64,000 nt of DNA, from assembly GCA_963664705.1 (NCBI GenBank), contig OY761556.1:1760001-1824000 (forward strand), read 5' to 3'. Position numbers and translations under genes: made by a program. Shown here in pieces: positions 39,055 to 50,044 of the stretch. Under the pieces are notes generated by a model, which was given only the letters and a program-made list of their open reading frames with translations, did not search any database and was not told the DNA's origin. Position 1 is the stretch's first letter. Every line of letters starts with the position of its first letter. The DNA is from Acidobacteriota bacterium. Lineage in GTDB: Bacteria; Acidobacteriota; UBA6911.

Positions 39055-39525
39055 ATGCAGGGAAAACGAGTGAATGACAGTATGATCATGATTGTAAGCC
39101 AGATGACGCAGCAGGATGCGAATCTTGCGGGAAATGTCCATGGTGGTGCTATTCTGAAAAATATCGATAACACCGCGGCTATTGTTGCCACGCGACATGC
39201 CGGGACAAACATCGTTACTGCATCCATCGATAGAGTGGATTTCTATTCTCCGGTATATGTTGGGGACCTGCTCCGGCTGCGTGCTTGCGTGAACTATACG
39301 GGAAATACCTCGATGGAGGTCGGGGTGCGGATAGAGGCAGAAAATTTTATGACCGGAGAAGTGCGGCATACCGCGTCAGCCTATCTTACCTTGGTAGCGC
39401 TCGACCCGGATGGAAAGCCCATGCCGGTGCCTCAAATTATTCTCGAGTCGGAAGATGAGAAGCAGCGATATCGGGAGGCTCAAAGACGGCGCGAGCTTCG
39501 TTTCAAACAGGACCGGCCGGAATAG
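39055..39525 (+). CDS. Acyl-CoA thioesterase (hotdog fold, YciA type)
   Basis: DANLAGNVHGG, VTASID, VNYTGNTSMEVGV. Confidence 0.93.
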   Translation: MQGKRVNDSMIMIVSQMTQQDANLAGNVHGGAILKNIDNTAAIVATRHAGTNIVTASIDRVDFYSPVYVGDLLRLRACVNYTGNTSMEVGVRIEAENFMTGEVRHTASAYLTLVALDPDGKPMPVPQIILESEDEKQRYREAQRRRELRFKQDRPE

Positions 39526-39689
39526 AATCGGAGTTCTGTCCGCGAGCTCTCCTATTTACATGATGGATGCGAGGTGTAAAATTACTCATTTGTCTGCCTT
39601 GTGGTAGGCAGATCGGATGTCCGGTCAGAATGTGCACCCTGACTTGGCCAAATTGCACGCACGGGAAAACTCGGCCTAATTTATCTGCG

Positions 39690-41585
39690 ATGACTGTCCA
39701 CCCTGCCATTCTTGCAAAAAAACTCTGCTCCAGCTGGAAAAAGCTTCCGCAGAAACTACTCAGCTTTATTTGGCTCGCATTATCAGCCTGCAGCGCCGTG
39801 CTGATCGGCGAGTTACTGATCAACGCTCTCTATTTTGGAGATTGGCAGTGGCACTTTTCCGGAACACTCGCTGTCTTGGGAAACTTCCTGATTCTTTTCT
39901 GCTCTTTCCTGATCATTCTGGTTGTAGTAAATCGGACGTTTGTTGCAGCCATCCTCGGATCCGTTCTATATGGCGTGGTTATCCTGGCGGACATCCTGAA
40001 GCTCAGCAGCTTTGACAATCCAGTTCGCGTTTCAGATCTGCAATATCTGCCGGACCTCAAAGTTATAGCTAAGTCATCCCTGGGTTATCGATCCGTGTCC
40101 GTGACGCTGATTGTGTTGGTCGCGATCATCGTTGCCATTTGCCTGCTTTGGAAAAAAGAAAGGCACGTGCTGATTCCTGCGGCACGTATTCTGACGGGCT
40201 TTGCGGCCATGGCTATATTGGTTTCATTATTTGTTGTTCCCTCCTATCCCGCTCCACGGGAATGGTTGCATGACCACGGGATTGAAAAACCCGAGTGGTG
40301 GGAATGGGAACCAAGAGGATCCGCGCAGTTAAACGGACTATTGGTTGAGCTGGCCATGAATGCCGGAGAAATGTCTTTTAATCGTCCGGACCGGTACGGT
40401 TATTCCGAGGTCAGCCGCATTGGACTCCGATATCAAAAAGGTTTGGATGCAGCGCCTGTTGTTGCAAAGACTGAACCGCCTCCGAATTTGATTATTTTTC
40501 TTGTGGAATCTTTTATGGATCCGCAGGATCTTGGCGTGCCATTTACCTCTGATCCAATTCCGACGTTTCGTGCCCTTAGCAAAAAATATAGCAGCGGGAA
40601 AGTAGTGGTTCCTGTTTTTGGCGGCACTTCTGCCAACACGGAATTCGAGGTGCTTACCGCGATGACCATGAGTCTTATGCCGGAAGACAGCTGCCCCTAT
40701 CGGCAATACATTAATGCGGACTTGCCTTCTCTCCCACGGTTTCTGCACCAAAACGGATATAGAACAGAAGCCGTTCTGGCCGATCCGGCCTATCTATTCA
40801 GTCGGAAGAAGGTTCTTGGGCATCTGGGGTTCGATCATTGGGATTTTCCAGAAGGGAATCCGTCAACGCCGCGGACTCCGGATGACGAATTTGCCACGGA
40901 TGATGTTATCGCGGATGCCGCCATGCAGGCGAGCCGGAAGGGAAGTCCCTTTTTCTTTCTTGGATTTACCGGCGGGACGCACTGTCCATGGGAATATGAC
41001 GATTACGACAATTCCAGTCTGGATATTGTCGGGCCGATGGCGCAGCCCGGGCGAAAGCGGTTAAAGACCTACATCAATGCCTTGCGGGTTGCCGACAATG
41101 CATTGAAAAAAATGATCGAGTATTACGAAAAGGTGGACCAGCGAACAATGATTCTGATCATGGGCGACCACCTTCCTCCTCTGGGTGATGTCTATGATTC
41201 TGCGCATTTCTTCAAGTCCGGGGACATGGAGGAAGTGCGGCAGCGATACTCTGTTCCGGCGGTATTGTGGTCGAATTTCCCAACAGCAAAAAAGGACTTC
41301 ATCTGCAGTGCCAATCTTATTCCCGCGAAGCTGATCGAGTTGATGGAGCTTCAACCGCGTGGAATTTTTTCGCTATCGGCTGATGTTTACTCGCACTTCC
41401 CGGTGTTTTCAAGGTATGTGCAGACGTGGGATGGACACTTGTTTGATCCTGCCGCACCCGACCTGCCGCTCCGGAACCTGGTCGAAGAATATCGCCTGAT
41501 GCAGTATGACCTTCTCATCGGCAGTCAATATGCCTTGGAACTGCCGGGCTGGGGGCTGACATCTCGGAATGCTAAAATCCACTAA
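39690..41585 (+). CDS. LTA synthase/phosphoglycerol transferase family membrane protein (sulfatase fold)
   Basis: N-terminal TM helices; PNLIIFLVESF, GGTSANTEFE, GDH. Start codon uncertain. Confidence 0.85.
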   Translation: MTVHPAILAKKLCSSWKKLPQKLLSFIWLALSACSAVLIGELLINALYFGDWQWHFSGTLAVLGNFLILFCSFLIILVVVNRTFVAAILGSVLYGVVILADILKLSSFDNPVRVSDLQYLPDLKVIAKSSLGYRSVSVTLIVLVAIIVAICLLWKKERHVLIPAARILTGFAAMAILVSLFVVPSYPAPREWLHDHGIEKPEWWEWEPRGSAQLNGLLVELAMNAGEMSFNRPDRYGYSEVSRIGLRYQKGLDAAPVVAKTEPPPNLIIFLVESFMDPQDLGVPFTSDPIPTFRALSKKYSSGKVVVPVFGGTSANTEFEVLTAMTMSLMPEDSCPYRQYINADLPSLPRFLHQNGYRTEAVLADPAYLFSRKKVLGHLGFDHWDFPEGNPSTPRTPDDEFATDDVIADAAMQASRKGSPFFFLGFTGGTHCPWEYDDYDNSSLDIVGPMAQPGRKRLKTYINALRVADNALKKMIEYYEKVDQRTMILIMGDHLPPLGDVYDSAHFFKSGDMEEVRQRYSVPAVLWSNFPTAKKDFICSANLIPAKLIELMELQPRGIFSLSADVYSHFPVFSRYVQTWDGHLFDPAAPDLPLRNLVEEYRLMQYDLLIGSQYALELPGWGLTSRNAKIH

Positions 41586-41594
41586 AATTGGAGA

Positions 41595-41629
41595 ATTCGT
41601 GGCAAAAAGAGGACGCTTTTGCCACGAAT
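41595..41629. terminator. Hairpin between convergent genes
   Basis: 13-bp stem attcgtggcaaaa/ttttgccacgaat. Confidence 0.7.
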
Positions 41630-41659
41630 ATTCTCCTGAGTACGACCCTGCTCGATGTT

Positions 41660-43384
41660 TCAGTGCAGTCCACAAGACCCATCTTTACACGTGACGGGTG
41701 CCGGCATTCGGATGGGCTTTTCGTCCAGGCAGATTCCTTTCCTGGGGATCCACTTGTCTATCGATACTGTCTGCGTGTAAGTAAAATCGGTGGTTGTGAA
41801 CATGGGATTCCATTCTCCACCGACAACCACCAGATTTATGGCTGCCGGGCGCATGGCAAAAGGCCCCTGGGGTTTTTTGAGGCGATCGAGCAGCCACTGA
41901 CGAAAGTCCTCTTTTGTCTTGAATCCTTCCTGGTCTTTTAGAGCCTTTGCTGTGAGGGGATCCATGACAAATGTTCCACCCGGAGCCATTGTCTGCATGC
42001 CGTTCATGGCATCAAGCATACGACTGGCCGTTCCAAACGGACCAGGGGTTCCCATGCCCAGATGGTTGATATTCCATCCGCGGAACAGGCTGACCGTGCT
42101 TTCACCAGGCTTGAATCCCTTTTCCACACTCAGCGAATCCCAGGGCGATTCCTCTTCGTTTTCGCCCGCAAACATATTGTTGTAGTTGGTGACGTTTCCA
42201 AAAGTTGCCGTAAAATTCTGGTTAATCTTGGCATTGCCAAAATTAAGGCTCATGAATGTATACGCCCGTCCTATTACGGAATTGGCGAAATTGAATGGAC
42301 TGAAGGCGCCTGAGCCACAATTGATTGCGATCAGATTGCGAATGGGACCATTGACGATGACCATACGGCCAAAGGATGTAGTTGAGCTGGGCATGGACGG
42401 TTCCTGGCTCGCAGCCAATGCAAGGATTACAGGAAAATGCTCGGGCCTGGCGCCGGCCATTACTGCATTGATGGCCACCTTTTCAACCGTATATTCATAG
42501 CGTTCTTCATGCGTTGTTACGGACATCCTCCCTACGACTTCATCCGGCGGATGGTCCGTGCCCATCAGCATTTCAGCGACTCTTTCTTCTGTCGGAAGCT
42601 CGATAGGCATGCCATCCGTCCATCCGTTTTCGATGAACATGCGCTTGTAGTTTGCCAGCGTATCCTTTTTCAGTAATCGTGGTCGCTTTGCCCTTTTGAC
42701 GATCCGTGGATTTTTTTCGTCCTCTGTCAGAGGAAGCGTAAGCGCATCTACCATTTCCTGCATCAGGGGCATTCCGGAAACGGGATCGTTGCCATCAACA
42801 TAGCCCCGCAGCGTTTCCTGGGATACCCAGCCGACGGGATAGGGGGGAAAGGCAAGGCGAATAAGCATGCCGTGGCTGTCGGTGTCTCTTGCCACGTAAT
42901 TGGCAAACTTCGCCGTAACCACGGCGCAGGTTGGGACGCGGTGTGTATGTTCCAGCGTTCTGGTAAATTCGGCGATACTCGCCGAGCAGCCATCTCAGCC
43001 TCCAACCCCAACGATGGCAGCATCTCCCTTTTCTTCAATTTCCGCCCATAACACGGGATCGTCGGAGAAGATAGATCCTTGGGTGCTTCTCGATTCTGTC
43101 TTCACGCCCGGCATATTCCTTGAGAACCAGGCGGCAACTTCTCCCATAAAGTCCTTGGCTCCGTGAAACCCCGTTTCCACGAGATAAACCGTCTTGCCTT
43201 CCAGACTCTCCAGTCGAGGAGCCATCATCTGCCCTTGCATGGAGGCGAGTTCCTGTGTGGGTTGACGGTAGGGATCCAAAACCACGCCATTGTTTTTTAA
43301 GGTGGGGTCGGATATGCGTCCAAAAATACCGGATGGCTGGCCCACGGGATCCAAAACATTTTCGAGAATAACATCTTCTGACAC
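41660..43384 (-). CDS. Predicted selenoprotein, 574 aa (UGSC-like UxxC domain fused to a GWTDG-type domain); in-frame UGA at 42997-42995
   Basis: ORFs 42995-43384 and 41660-42922 are in the same frame, separated by one TGA. Readthrough gives AAIVGVGG-U-DGCSASIAEF. Confidence 0.82.
42969..42985 (-). promoter_or_regulatory. Putative bacterial SECIS hairpin
   Basis: UCGGCGA-GUA-UCGCCGA starts 9 nt after the UGA; the loop starts with GU 16 nt after the UGA. Confidence 0.7.
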
Positions 43385-43560
43385 GGCTCGATCTCCTTCC
43401 GCAAAGGCTGCAAATGTGCCGCCGAGAGCAATGAAACTCAGAAAGTGCTGTTACTCTTTTACTACGAAAATGGGGTGACTGTCAGCATGGATGCTTATCG
43501 AAACTGCAGATGGCAGAAAGGCGGCATTAACAGGAAGTTGGGAAGGAATAGGGGATTCGG

Positions 43561-43596
43561 GGATGAGCTTGTGACGGAATCACCACAAGCTCATCC
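43561..43596 (-). terminator. Hairpin downstream of the CheY-like gene
   Basis: 13-bp stem ggatgagcttgtg/cacaagctcatcc. Confidence 0.6.
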
Positions 43597-43628
43597 TTGC
43601 AGAGGTCAAAGAACCGCAAAGCCGGCGC

Positions 43629-44024
43629 TCACTTGATTAGTTGGAGTTTACGCAATTCTCCAAGCAGTTTTTCCTGATCGAGCGGCTTGATCAGATATGC
43701 ATCGCATTGCTCGCGGAAGGCCGACATGATGTTTGTCTTATCTTTGAGTCCAGTGGTGACCGCGACTTTGATTCCTTTGCCTGGGCCGATGCCGGACTTT
43801 TCTTCCATCTCTTTGATTTCGCGAAGAACTTCGTGTCCATTCTTTTCGGGAATCATGATATCAAGGCACATGAAATCGTATGGTTCATTCGTCTTAATCG
43901 CGTTCTCAACCGCGGCCACGGCTTCTGTCCCGTTTACTGCAATGTGCGTGGGACCATAGCCTTTCAGAATTTCCTGAAGCAGCAGGCGACATGTAAAATC
44001 GTCTTCCACGATCAGAGTTTTCAT
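43629..44024 (-). CDS. Single-domain response regulator (CheY-like)
   Basis: LIVEDD, LDIMIP, TTG, YLIKP. Confidence 0.9.
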   Translation of the reverse strand: MKTLIVEDDFTCRLLLQEILKGYGPTHIAVNGTEAVAAVENAIKTNEPYDFMCLDIMIPEKNGHEVLREIKEMEEKSGIGPGKGIKVAVTTGLKDKTNIMSAFREQCDAYLIKPLDQEKLLGELRKLQLIK

Positions 44025-44366
44025 AATTTCAAATCCTCTCTACTGTTTCATGGCAGCTTGCGACCTGCCTCTACTTGGGGTGGTGCGATTCCCGTCGGCA
44101 CAGTGCTGGGAGTGCGTCCTCCATACGGCGGGCTTCAGCAAACTTCATCGGATTGTCCTGCAATAACTTTATTTTCGCTTCTCGGGGATACTTCTGTAAA
44201 GTGCGTCTGACGCTGCTCCGAATGAGTTCGTAGATTGCGGAATCCATATTCCTATAATTGAATAAAGAATCCGTCCGATATGAATCTTGTGGGTCTCCTG
44301 TAGTGTGGATTCATTAAAAAGAGACATTTGGCGTCTTAACGGGTAGATATCGGATCTGCAAGTTGC

Positions 44367-44419
44367 AAGGCGCATTGGGCATCGGAAGTCGACATGATGC
44401 CCAATGCGCCTTTTTTTTT
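44367..44419 (+). terminator. Strong intrinsic terminator in the 5' leader of the MCP gene (possible attenuator)
   Basis: Stem aaggcgcattgggcatc/gatgcccaatgcgcctt with a 9-T run (44411-44419). No same-strand gene ends immediately upstream. Confidence 0.8.
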
Positions 44420-44489
44420 GGTCGGAAAGACATCGTTGGTTGTGCGAGTTCTGCGGGAGAGCCAATTCAACGATACGGAGGGTGGGAAG

Positions 44490-46742
44490 ATGAAGTGGTT
44501 CTATAACATGAAGATATCGTCAAAGCTGGTTTGTGTTGCAGTATTGCTGGCCTTATTTGCGGGAGTAGTCGGCTACGAAGGCATAACGGAGCTGAACAAA
44601 CTAAGCAAAGCCAACATGGACATGTACTCCCAAAGCCTTCTTTCTATTTCCATATTATCGGAAAATGCAAAATTGCTGCAGATGCCGCGCGTCTCGATCC
44701 GGGATGCCTTCCTCGATGAGAATCTTGAAAAGACCATCAAAACCGGCAGAGAGCAAATCAAGGTGGTTGCCGACAATCTGAAAGCCTACGAGCCAAGGGT
44801 GAGTTCGGCCGAGGAGCGGAAGGAATATGATGCGGTGATGTCGTTCATCGGCAAGTACACCGAGTACTACGAACAATACGTACAGATTGTCAGAGACAAA
44901 AAAAAGAGAACGGAAGCCCTTGCCTATATGCGTGGCCCGCTTCGAACCGTGGCAACAGGGTCGAGAAATTCACTGGATAAGATGTCCGAAATGAAAAGGG
45001 CTGAAGCCAAGGCCGCAATGGATTCCGACACTGCCGCAGCGAAAAAGTCCACTCGAATCATGCTGGCAATCATTGGGATTGGCATGAGCCTCGCCATCGT
45101 GCTTGGATTGTGGCTTGCGCGGATAATTTCGAGGCCGATTAAGCAGGTCGCGGAACGCGCCGAAACCCTACAGCGGATTTGTATCACCAATCTCGGAAAA
45201 GCGAGTGATGCAATGGCGCATGGAGATCTTGATGTTAAAATCGTGACGGCTACGCAACCCCTGGATATTGATACTAAAGATGAAGTCGGGGCGTTGGCGC
45301 GAAGCGTCAATGGCATCATTGCCCAAACGCAATCCACCGTGGCATCGTTCGAAGCGGCCATGGCAAATCTGCGCAAAGTCACCAATGAAATTAATGAACT
45401 CATCCAAAGCGCTCAGGAAGGCAACCTCGGCAATCGCGGAAAAGCGCAGAACTTCGAGGGCGGCTATCGTCAGATGGTTGAGGGGTTCAATTCCACACTC
45501 GATGCCGTAGTAGGCCCCTTACAGATGGCATCCGGCTATATTCAGAGAATCAGCAAAGGAGATATCCCCCCAACAATCGTTGAAAATTACAAAGGTGATT
45601 TCAACGACATCAAGAATAGCCTGAATTTGTGCATTGAAAGCCTGCGGAACTTAATAGAAGAAGATGGCGGCGCGGCATTGCTCGCAGCTGCCAACAAAGA
45701 TTTAACGGCGAGGGTCCGGCGGGATTATGAGGGTGCTTTTGGAAAGATGAAGTCCAACATCAACCTTTTGATTCAGAATCTCGATCAGGCGCTTTTGCAG
45801 GTATCGCTTGCGGCCGATCAGGTTGCTGCTGCATCGGGTGAAATTTCTTCCGGAAGCCAGACGCTTTCACAGGGGGCCTCTGAACAGGCCAGTTCCCTGG
45901 AAGAAGTGTCCAGCAGCCTGCAGGAAATGGCTTCTATGACAAGGCGCAATGCTGAAAATGCCAAAGAAGCCAGAAGCCTCTCTGATTCAGCGCTATCAAC
46001 AGCGGATAAGGGTGTGGAAAGCATGAAACGCCTTTCCTCCGCTATTGACAGGATCAAAGCATCATCGGATTCAACCGCCAAGATTGTTAAGACGATTGAC
46101 GAAATTGCCTTCCAGACGAATCTGCTGGCATTGAATGCCGCAGTCGAAGCTGCAAGAGCAGGCGATGCCGGCAAAGGATTCGCTGTGGTTGCAGAGGAAG
46201 TGCGTAATCTCGCGATGCGAAGCGCTGAAGCAGCGAAAAACACTTCCAACATGATTGAAGAATCGGTCAAAAATGCCGAAGGCGGCGTGTCGATCAACCG
46301 GGAGGTTCTGGAAAACCTGACGGAGATCAATAGCCAGGTGAACAGGGTTAATGCGGTGATGGCGGAGATCGCGGCAGCCTCGGAACAACAGAGCCAGGGC
46401 GTGGACCAGGTCAGCACCGCGGTCGAGCAGATGAATCAGGTTACGCAGCAGGTGGCTGCAAATGCGGAGGAATCCGCAAGTGCTGCTGAAGAACTTTCGG
46501 GACAGTCCGAAGAGATGAAGAGTATGGTTGCTGCATTCCAGATTAGTCAAAATGGGATGGGCCGTTCGGGGTCGTCACGCCGTTTACGGCAGGACGTGGT
46601 GGCTATGAATAACGCCTGGGGCACCCCAAAATCTGTTAAGGATAACCCGGGAAAAAAGGCAAATGGATCTATGACTGGGCATATGGATCCATCGATGAGT
46701 GCATTTGATGGTGGCGAGCAGTCGATTCTTGAAGATTTTTAA
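44490..46742 (+). CDS. Methyl-accepting chemotaxis protein (4-helix-bundle sensor, multiple HAMP)
   Basis: Two TMs; [37 protein letters not shown]; RBS ggagg before MKWFYN. Confidence 0.95.
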   Translation: MKWFYNMKISSKLVCVAVLLALFAGVVGYEGITELNKLSKANMDMYSQSLLSISILSENAKLLQMPRVSIRDAFLDENLEKTIKTGREQIKVVADNLKAYEPRVSSAEERKEYDAVMSFIGKYTEYYEQYVQIVRDKKKRTEALAYMRGPLRTVATGSRNSLDKMSEMKRAEAKAAMDSDTAAAKKSTRIMLAIIGIGMSLAIVLGLWLARIISRPIKQVAERAETLQRICITNLGKASDAMAHGDLDVKIVTATQPLDIDTKDEVGALARSVNGIIAQTQSTVASFEAAMANLRKVTNEINELIQSAQEGNLGNRGKAQNFEGGYRQMVEGFNSTLDAVVGPLQMASGYIQRISKGDIPPTIVENYKGDFNDIKNSLNLCIESLRNLIEEDGGAALLAAANKDLTARVRRDYEGAFGKMKSNINLLIQNLDQALLQVSLAADQVAAASGEISSGSQTLSQGASEQASSLEEVSSSLQEMASMTRRNAENAKEARSLSDSALSTADKGVESMKRLSSAIDRIKASSDSTAKIVKTIDEIAFQTNLLALNAAVEAARAGDAGKGFAVVAEEVRNLAMRSAEAAKNTSNMIEESVKNAEGGVSINREVLENLTEINSQVNRVNAVMAEIAAASEQQSQGVDQVSTAVEQMNQVTQQVAANAEESASAAEELSGQSEEMKSMVAAFQISQNGMGRSGSSRRLRQDVVAMNNAWGTPKSVKDNPGKKANGSMTGHMDPSMSAFDGGEQSILEDF

Positions 46743-46849
46743 ATAAATCTGATAATCGAGGATTCCCCCGGGCTGGTAATTTATCCCGTAGAAAAGATGG
46801 CGAATATGGGAATCGACGGTGCATCGGAAACATCCAGAGGCTAAATAAT

Positions 46850-48262
46850 ATGAGACAGAGGATTGCAAAGGTTCTCTTTGGGGCCTTTGTAGCTTTGGTA
46901 GCTTGTGCCTTGACGACACAGGCCCAGGAGGCAAAGAAACCGGGACAGACGGTGACCTCAAAGAGCGGGGCGCCCGCAGATCCAAAAACGCCGACGACGG
47001 CCAAGCCGGCCAAATCGGAATCAAAAGCTGGTGAGGAATATGCCAGCTTCTGGCCTTCCTGGTTTCAAATGGCATTTACCTATAGAGGGCGACTGGAAAA
47101 TACCTCGGGCGTCGGATATACCGCAAATGCCGACGATACTTATTATTTGGGGCGGTTTCGCGTCGAAGCCAACCTCCGCGTCAACAAATACCTCAATTTC
47201 TTTGCAATGACACAGGATACGCGCGTCAATGACTACGATTATGTAGTTGCTCGGCCCGCCAGTATGCTGGACGACTTTGATTTGCGGCAGGCTTATGTGG
47301 ACGTGCATCGCGAGACAAAAGGATCCAAGATATCTTTCCGGCTCGGGACACAATATCTGGATATGGGATCCAAGCGTTTGGTTGCAGTCTCAACCTGGTC
47401 CAATTCGACGCCTGTTTACCACGCAGCGAAGCTGGCATTTTCCAAAAGCTGGATCTCCGCAGACCTGTTTGCGGCTACCAGAGTGTCTAACATCAGAGCA
47501 AGGAATTTCAATGAACCCAAGCCTGGTGAAAACATTTATGGCGGATACTTTTCTCTGAGCCGGTTGATCCCCGATGCTAAAGTGGAACCCTATATCTTCT
47601 GGCGGACGCAGCCATTGGTAACGGACGAAAATAAGCTAAAGGGCGATAGCGATCTTGCAACGTTCGGATTTCGGTTTTTGGGTAAGCTTCCGCGCCGATT
47701 TACCTATGCAACCGAAATTGCCATTCAGAAGGGCACCTATGCACAGGATGATGTATCTGCATGGGCTGGAATGTGGAATGTGGGCTATACGCTTTCAAAA
47801 TCCACCAGAAAACCTGCAGTTTCTTTTGAATTCAATTATGCCAGCGGCGATGAAACAAAAGGCGATGGGATTCGCAGCACCTTCGATCAACTCTATGCGT
47901 CGAACCATTCCAACTATGGGATTGCAGACCAGGTTGGCTGGAGAAACACGATTAATTACAAAGTTGGTTTCGAAATTGGGATCACCAAAAAGCTCAAAGC
48001 TCAATTCGATGTAAACGATTTTTATTTGGCCACACTGCAGGATTCTCTTTACACCGATAATGGCTCTGCGGTTGTGAAGAACAGCACCGCATCAAGCCGG
48101 CACGTGGGCGTGGAGCCGGATCTGCAATTGACCTATAAGGCTAACAGGAATTTGACTATTGGCGCTGGGTATGGGCGCCTTATTTGCGGCAAGTTTTTGA
48201 AGGAATCCTCCCCGGGACAATCCTTCAGCTATCCGTATGTCTACTGGGAATATCGTTATTAG
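46850..48262 (+). CDS. Alginate-export (AlgE) family outer-membrane beta-barrel protein
   Basis: Signal peptide, DLRQAYV, YASGD...TFDQLY, amphipathic strands, aromatic C-terminus (YWEYRY). Confidence 0.8.
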   Translation: MRQRIAKVLFGAFVALVACALTTQAQEAKKPGQTVTSKSGAPADPKTPTTAKPAKSESKAGEEYASFWPSWFQMAFTYRGRLENTSGVGYTANADDTYYLGRFRVEANLRVNKYLNFFAMTQDTRVNDYDYVVARPASMLDDFDLRQAYVDVHRETKGSKISFRLGTQYLDMGSKRLVAVSTWSNSTPVYHAAKLAFSKSWISADLFAATRVSNIRARNFNEPKPGENIYGGYFSLSRLIPDAKVEPYIFWRTQPLVTDENKLKGDSDLATFGFRFLGKLPRRFTYATEIAIQKGTYAQDDVSAWAGMWNVGYTLSKSTRKPAVSFEFNYASGDETKGDGIRSTFDQLYASNHSNYGIADQVGWRNTINYKVGFEIGITKKLKAQFDVNDFYLATLQDSLYTDNGSAVVKNSTASSRHVGVEPDLQLTYKANRNLTIGAGYGRLICGKFLKESSPGQSFSYPYVYWEYRY

Positions 48263-48334
48263 TCTGCGTGTAATTTGTCGTACCCTTCTCAATCTCCTTT
48301 TTCCAACTCCAATGGACTGGTAGTTGGGTATTTA

Positions 48335-48362
48335 GAAGGCCCCGGCTGCGGCTGGGGCCTTC
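48335..48362 (+). terminator. Hairpin/terminator after the porin
   Basis: gaaggccccggc-tgcg-gctggggccttc. Confidence 0.6.
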
Positions 48363-48763
48363 GCTTTAGCCGGACAAAACCCCAAAACGAACCGCATTAT
48401 CAGGGCGATGGACTATCGTCGCAGGTGCATTAATCAAGGCTGCAACGCATTGGGGATGTCGCGGTGCCGGTGGCATCAGCGCCATGCAAGCAGGCATGCC
48501 CCTTGCCGGCGGGACACCGAAGCTCCCAGTATGGCCTCAACTCAATCCAGAATAAGCTCCTTTTTGGCATGAATTTCCACAGGATGAATATTGCTTGACT
48601 CCGCGCGGAAGGTTGGGCGATTCTTCTGGCGTTTACGTATTCGAGCAATTTTCAGAAGATCCGTCTGTTTTTGTTGTCTTGATCCGCCGGGAAGCACGAT
48701 GTGCCTATTTGCGGGAGCAGACACATAAAACCCAATTACTGGAAGCGAAGTTAGGAGAGGCCT

Positions 48764-50044
48764 GTGCCTATCGCAATTGTGGGAATGCTTGATGAGCGAG
48801 AACAGGTGCTTACGCTGCTCAAGGAGCTCATTGGAAAAAGAGGGCATAAATCGGTATTGGTGGATATCAGTGTCGGCAATGGCGCAATCATTCCTGCCAT
48901 AAAGGCGGATATTACCTGCGAAGAATTGGCTGCCCTTGCTGCAAAGGAATCAACGGAAGGCGGCACCAGACCCCGCACCGCAATAATGGCGGAGGGCCTG
49001 AAAGAAAAGATCCGGTCCATGGTGCAAGCCGGCGACTTGGACGGCCTCATTGCGGTAACCGGAATGACCGGAGCACTGATTACGCTGAACGCTATGGACG
49101 CCATTCCATTCGGAATACCCAAACTGTTGATTTCCGGAGCCACCGGACAGCCGGTTCATGCCAGTCAGTTCGCCAATTATTTTGCCGTGAAAGATATCAC
49201 CGTAATGAATACGGTGGTGGATACGGTTGGAATGAACGCGCTGGTCAGGACACTTGCGGTTAATGGGGCAAACGCCATTTGCGGCATGGTGGAGGCAGGG
49301 AAGGTATCGTTGACGGAAGGAAGGCCATCGATCGCGATAACGGAATTTGGTTTCTGTGACAGGGGTGCGCACTATATTCGAGAAATACTCGAAGAAACGT
49401 ATGACATTGTTTCATTTCATGCCATGGGGTTGGGGGACAAGGCGCTGCCGGGATTGATTCACCAGGGGATTTTCAGCGCTTTTGTCGATCTTGTGCCGGG
49501 CGCTTTTACGGATCATCTCCTGGGCGGGAATCGAGGCGTTTTTGGACCCGGGCGACTCGATATCGCAAGGCATCTGCACATTCCCTACATTTTCTGTCCG
49601 GGCGGTTTTGACATCATCAGTTGCGGCCCCATCGAACGGAAGAATGGTAATGACCCGCTCTGGACATCCAGGAAACTGGCGGAGAGGAAGTTGTATTTGC
49701 AGGACGCGCACAGGGTTCAGGCCAGGATGAGCGCCGAAGAGACGGAATTCATCGCATTGGCAGCCGCTGAGCGGCTGAATCTATACGAGAATAAAAATAG
49801 GGTGAAGGCGGTTGTTCCGATTTATGGTTTTTCGGCAATCAGCTTGGAGGGCGGTCCTCTGTATGATCCTGTTGCGGATGAGATATTTGGCCTCGCATTC
49901 AGAAGCTGTCTTGATCCTGCGATAGAGTTGGTTGAAGTGGATTCCGACATTAATAGTCCTGATTTTGCCAAGGCTGTGGCAGGAGCCTTGGCAAGAGCGC
50001 TTGCCGATCAAACGAGTGCAGGGGGTACTGCAAAGGATGACTAG
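48764..50044 (+). CDS. UPF0261/Tm-1-like ATP-binding domain protein (copy 1)
   Basis: IVGMLD, PFGIPKLLIS, DITVMNTVVDTVGMN, FHAMGLG, PGGFD, INSPDFA. Confidence 0.82.
   Translation: MPIAIVGMLDEREQVLTLLKELIGKRGHKSVLVDISVGNGAIIPAIKADITCEELAALAAKESTEGGTRPRTAIMAEGLKEKIRSMVQAGDLDGLIAVTGMTGALITLNAMDAIPFGIPKLLISGATGQPVHASQFANYFAVKDITVMNTVVDTVGMNALVRTLAVNGANAICGMVEAGKVSLTEGRPSIAITEFGFCDRGAHYIREILEETYDIVSFHAMGLGDKALPGLIHQGIFSAFVDLVPGAFTDHLLGGNRGVFGPGRLDIARHLHIPYIFCPGGFDIISCGPIERKNGNDPLWTSRKLAERKLYLQDAHRVQARMSAEETEFIALAAAERLNLYENKNRVKAVVPIYGFSAISLEGGPLYDPVADEIFGLAFRSCLDPAIELVEVDSDINSPDFAKAVAGALARALADQTSAGGTAKDD

Noticed and set aside
39690-41585. LTA synthase as evidence for a Gram-positive envelope
   Set aside because: The family is widespread in diderms, and the window encodes an outer-membrane beta-barrel.
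42995-42997. TGA as a nonsense mutation (pseudogene) or alternative genetic code
   Set aside because: It falls exactly in a UxxC motif with a downstream hairpin, and TGA is a normal stop for glgP, pfkA and dapL.
44041-44420. c-di-GMP riboswitch upstream of the MCP
   Set aside because: No GEMM-type consensus could be matched by eye; only the terminator and small hairpins are supported.
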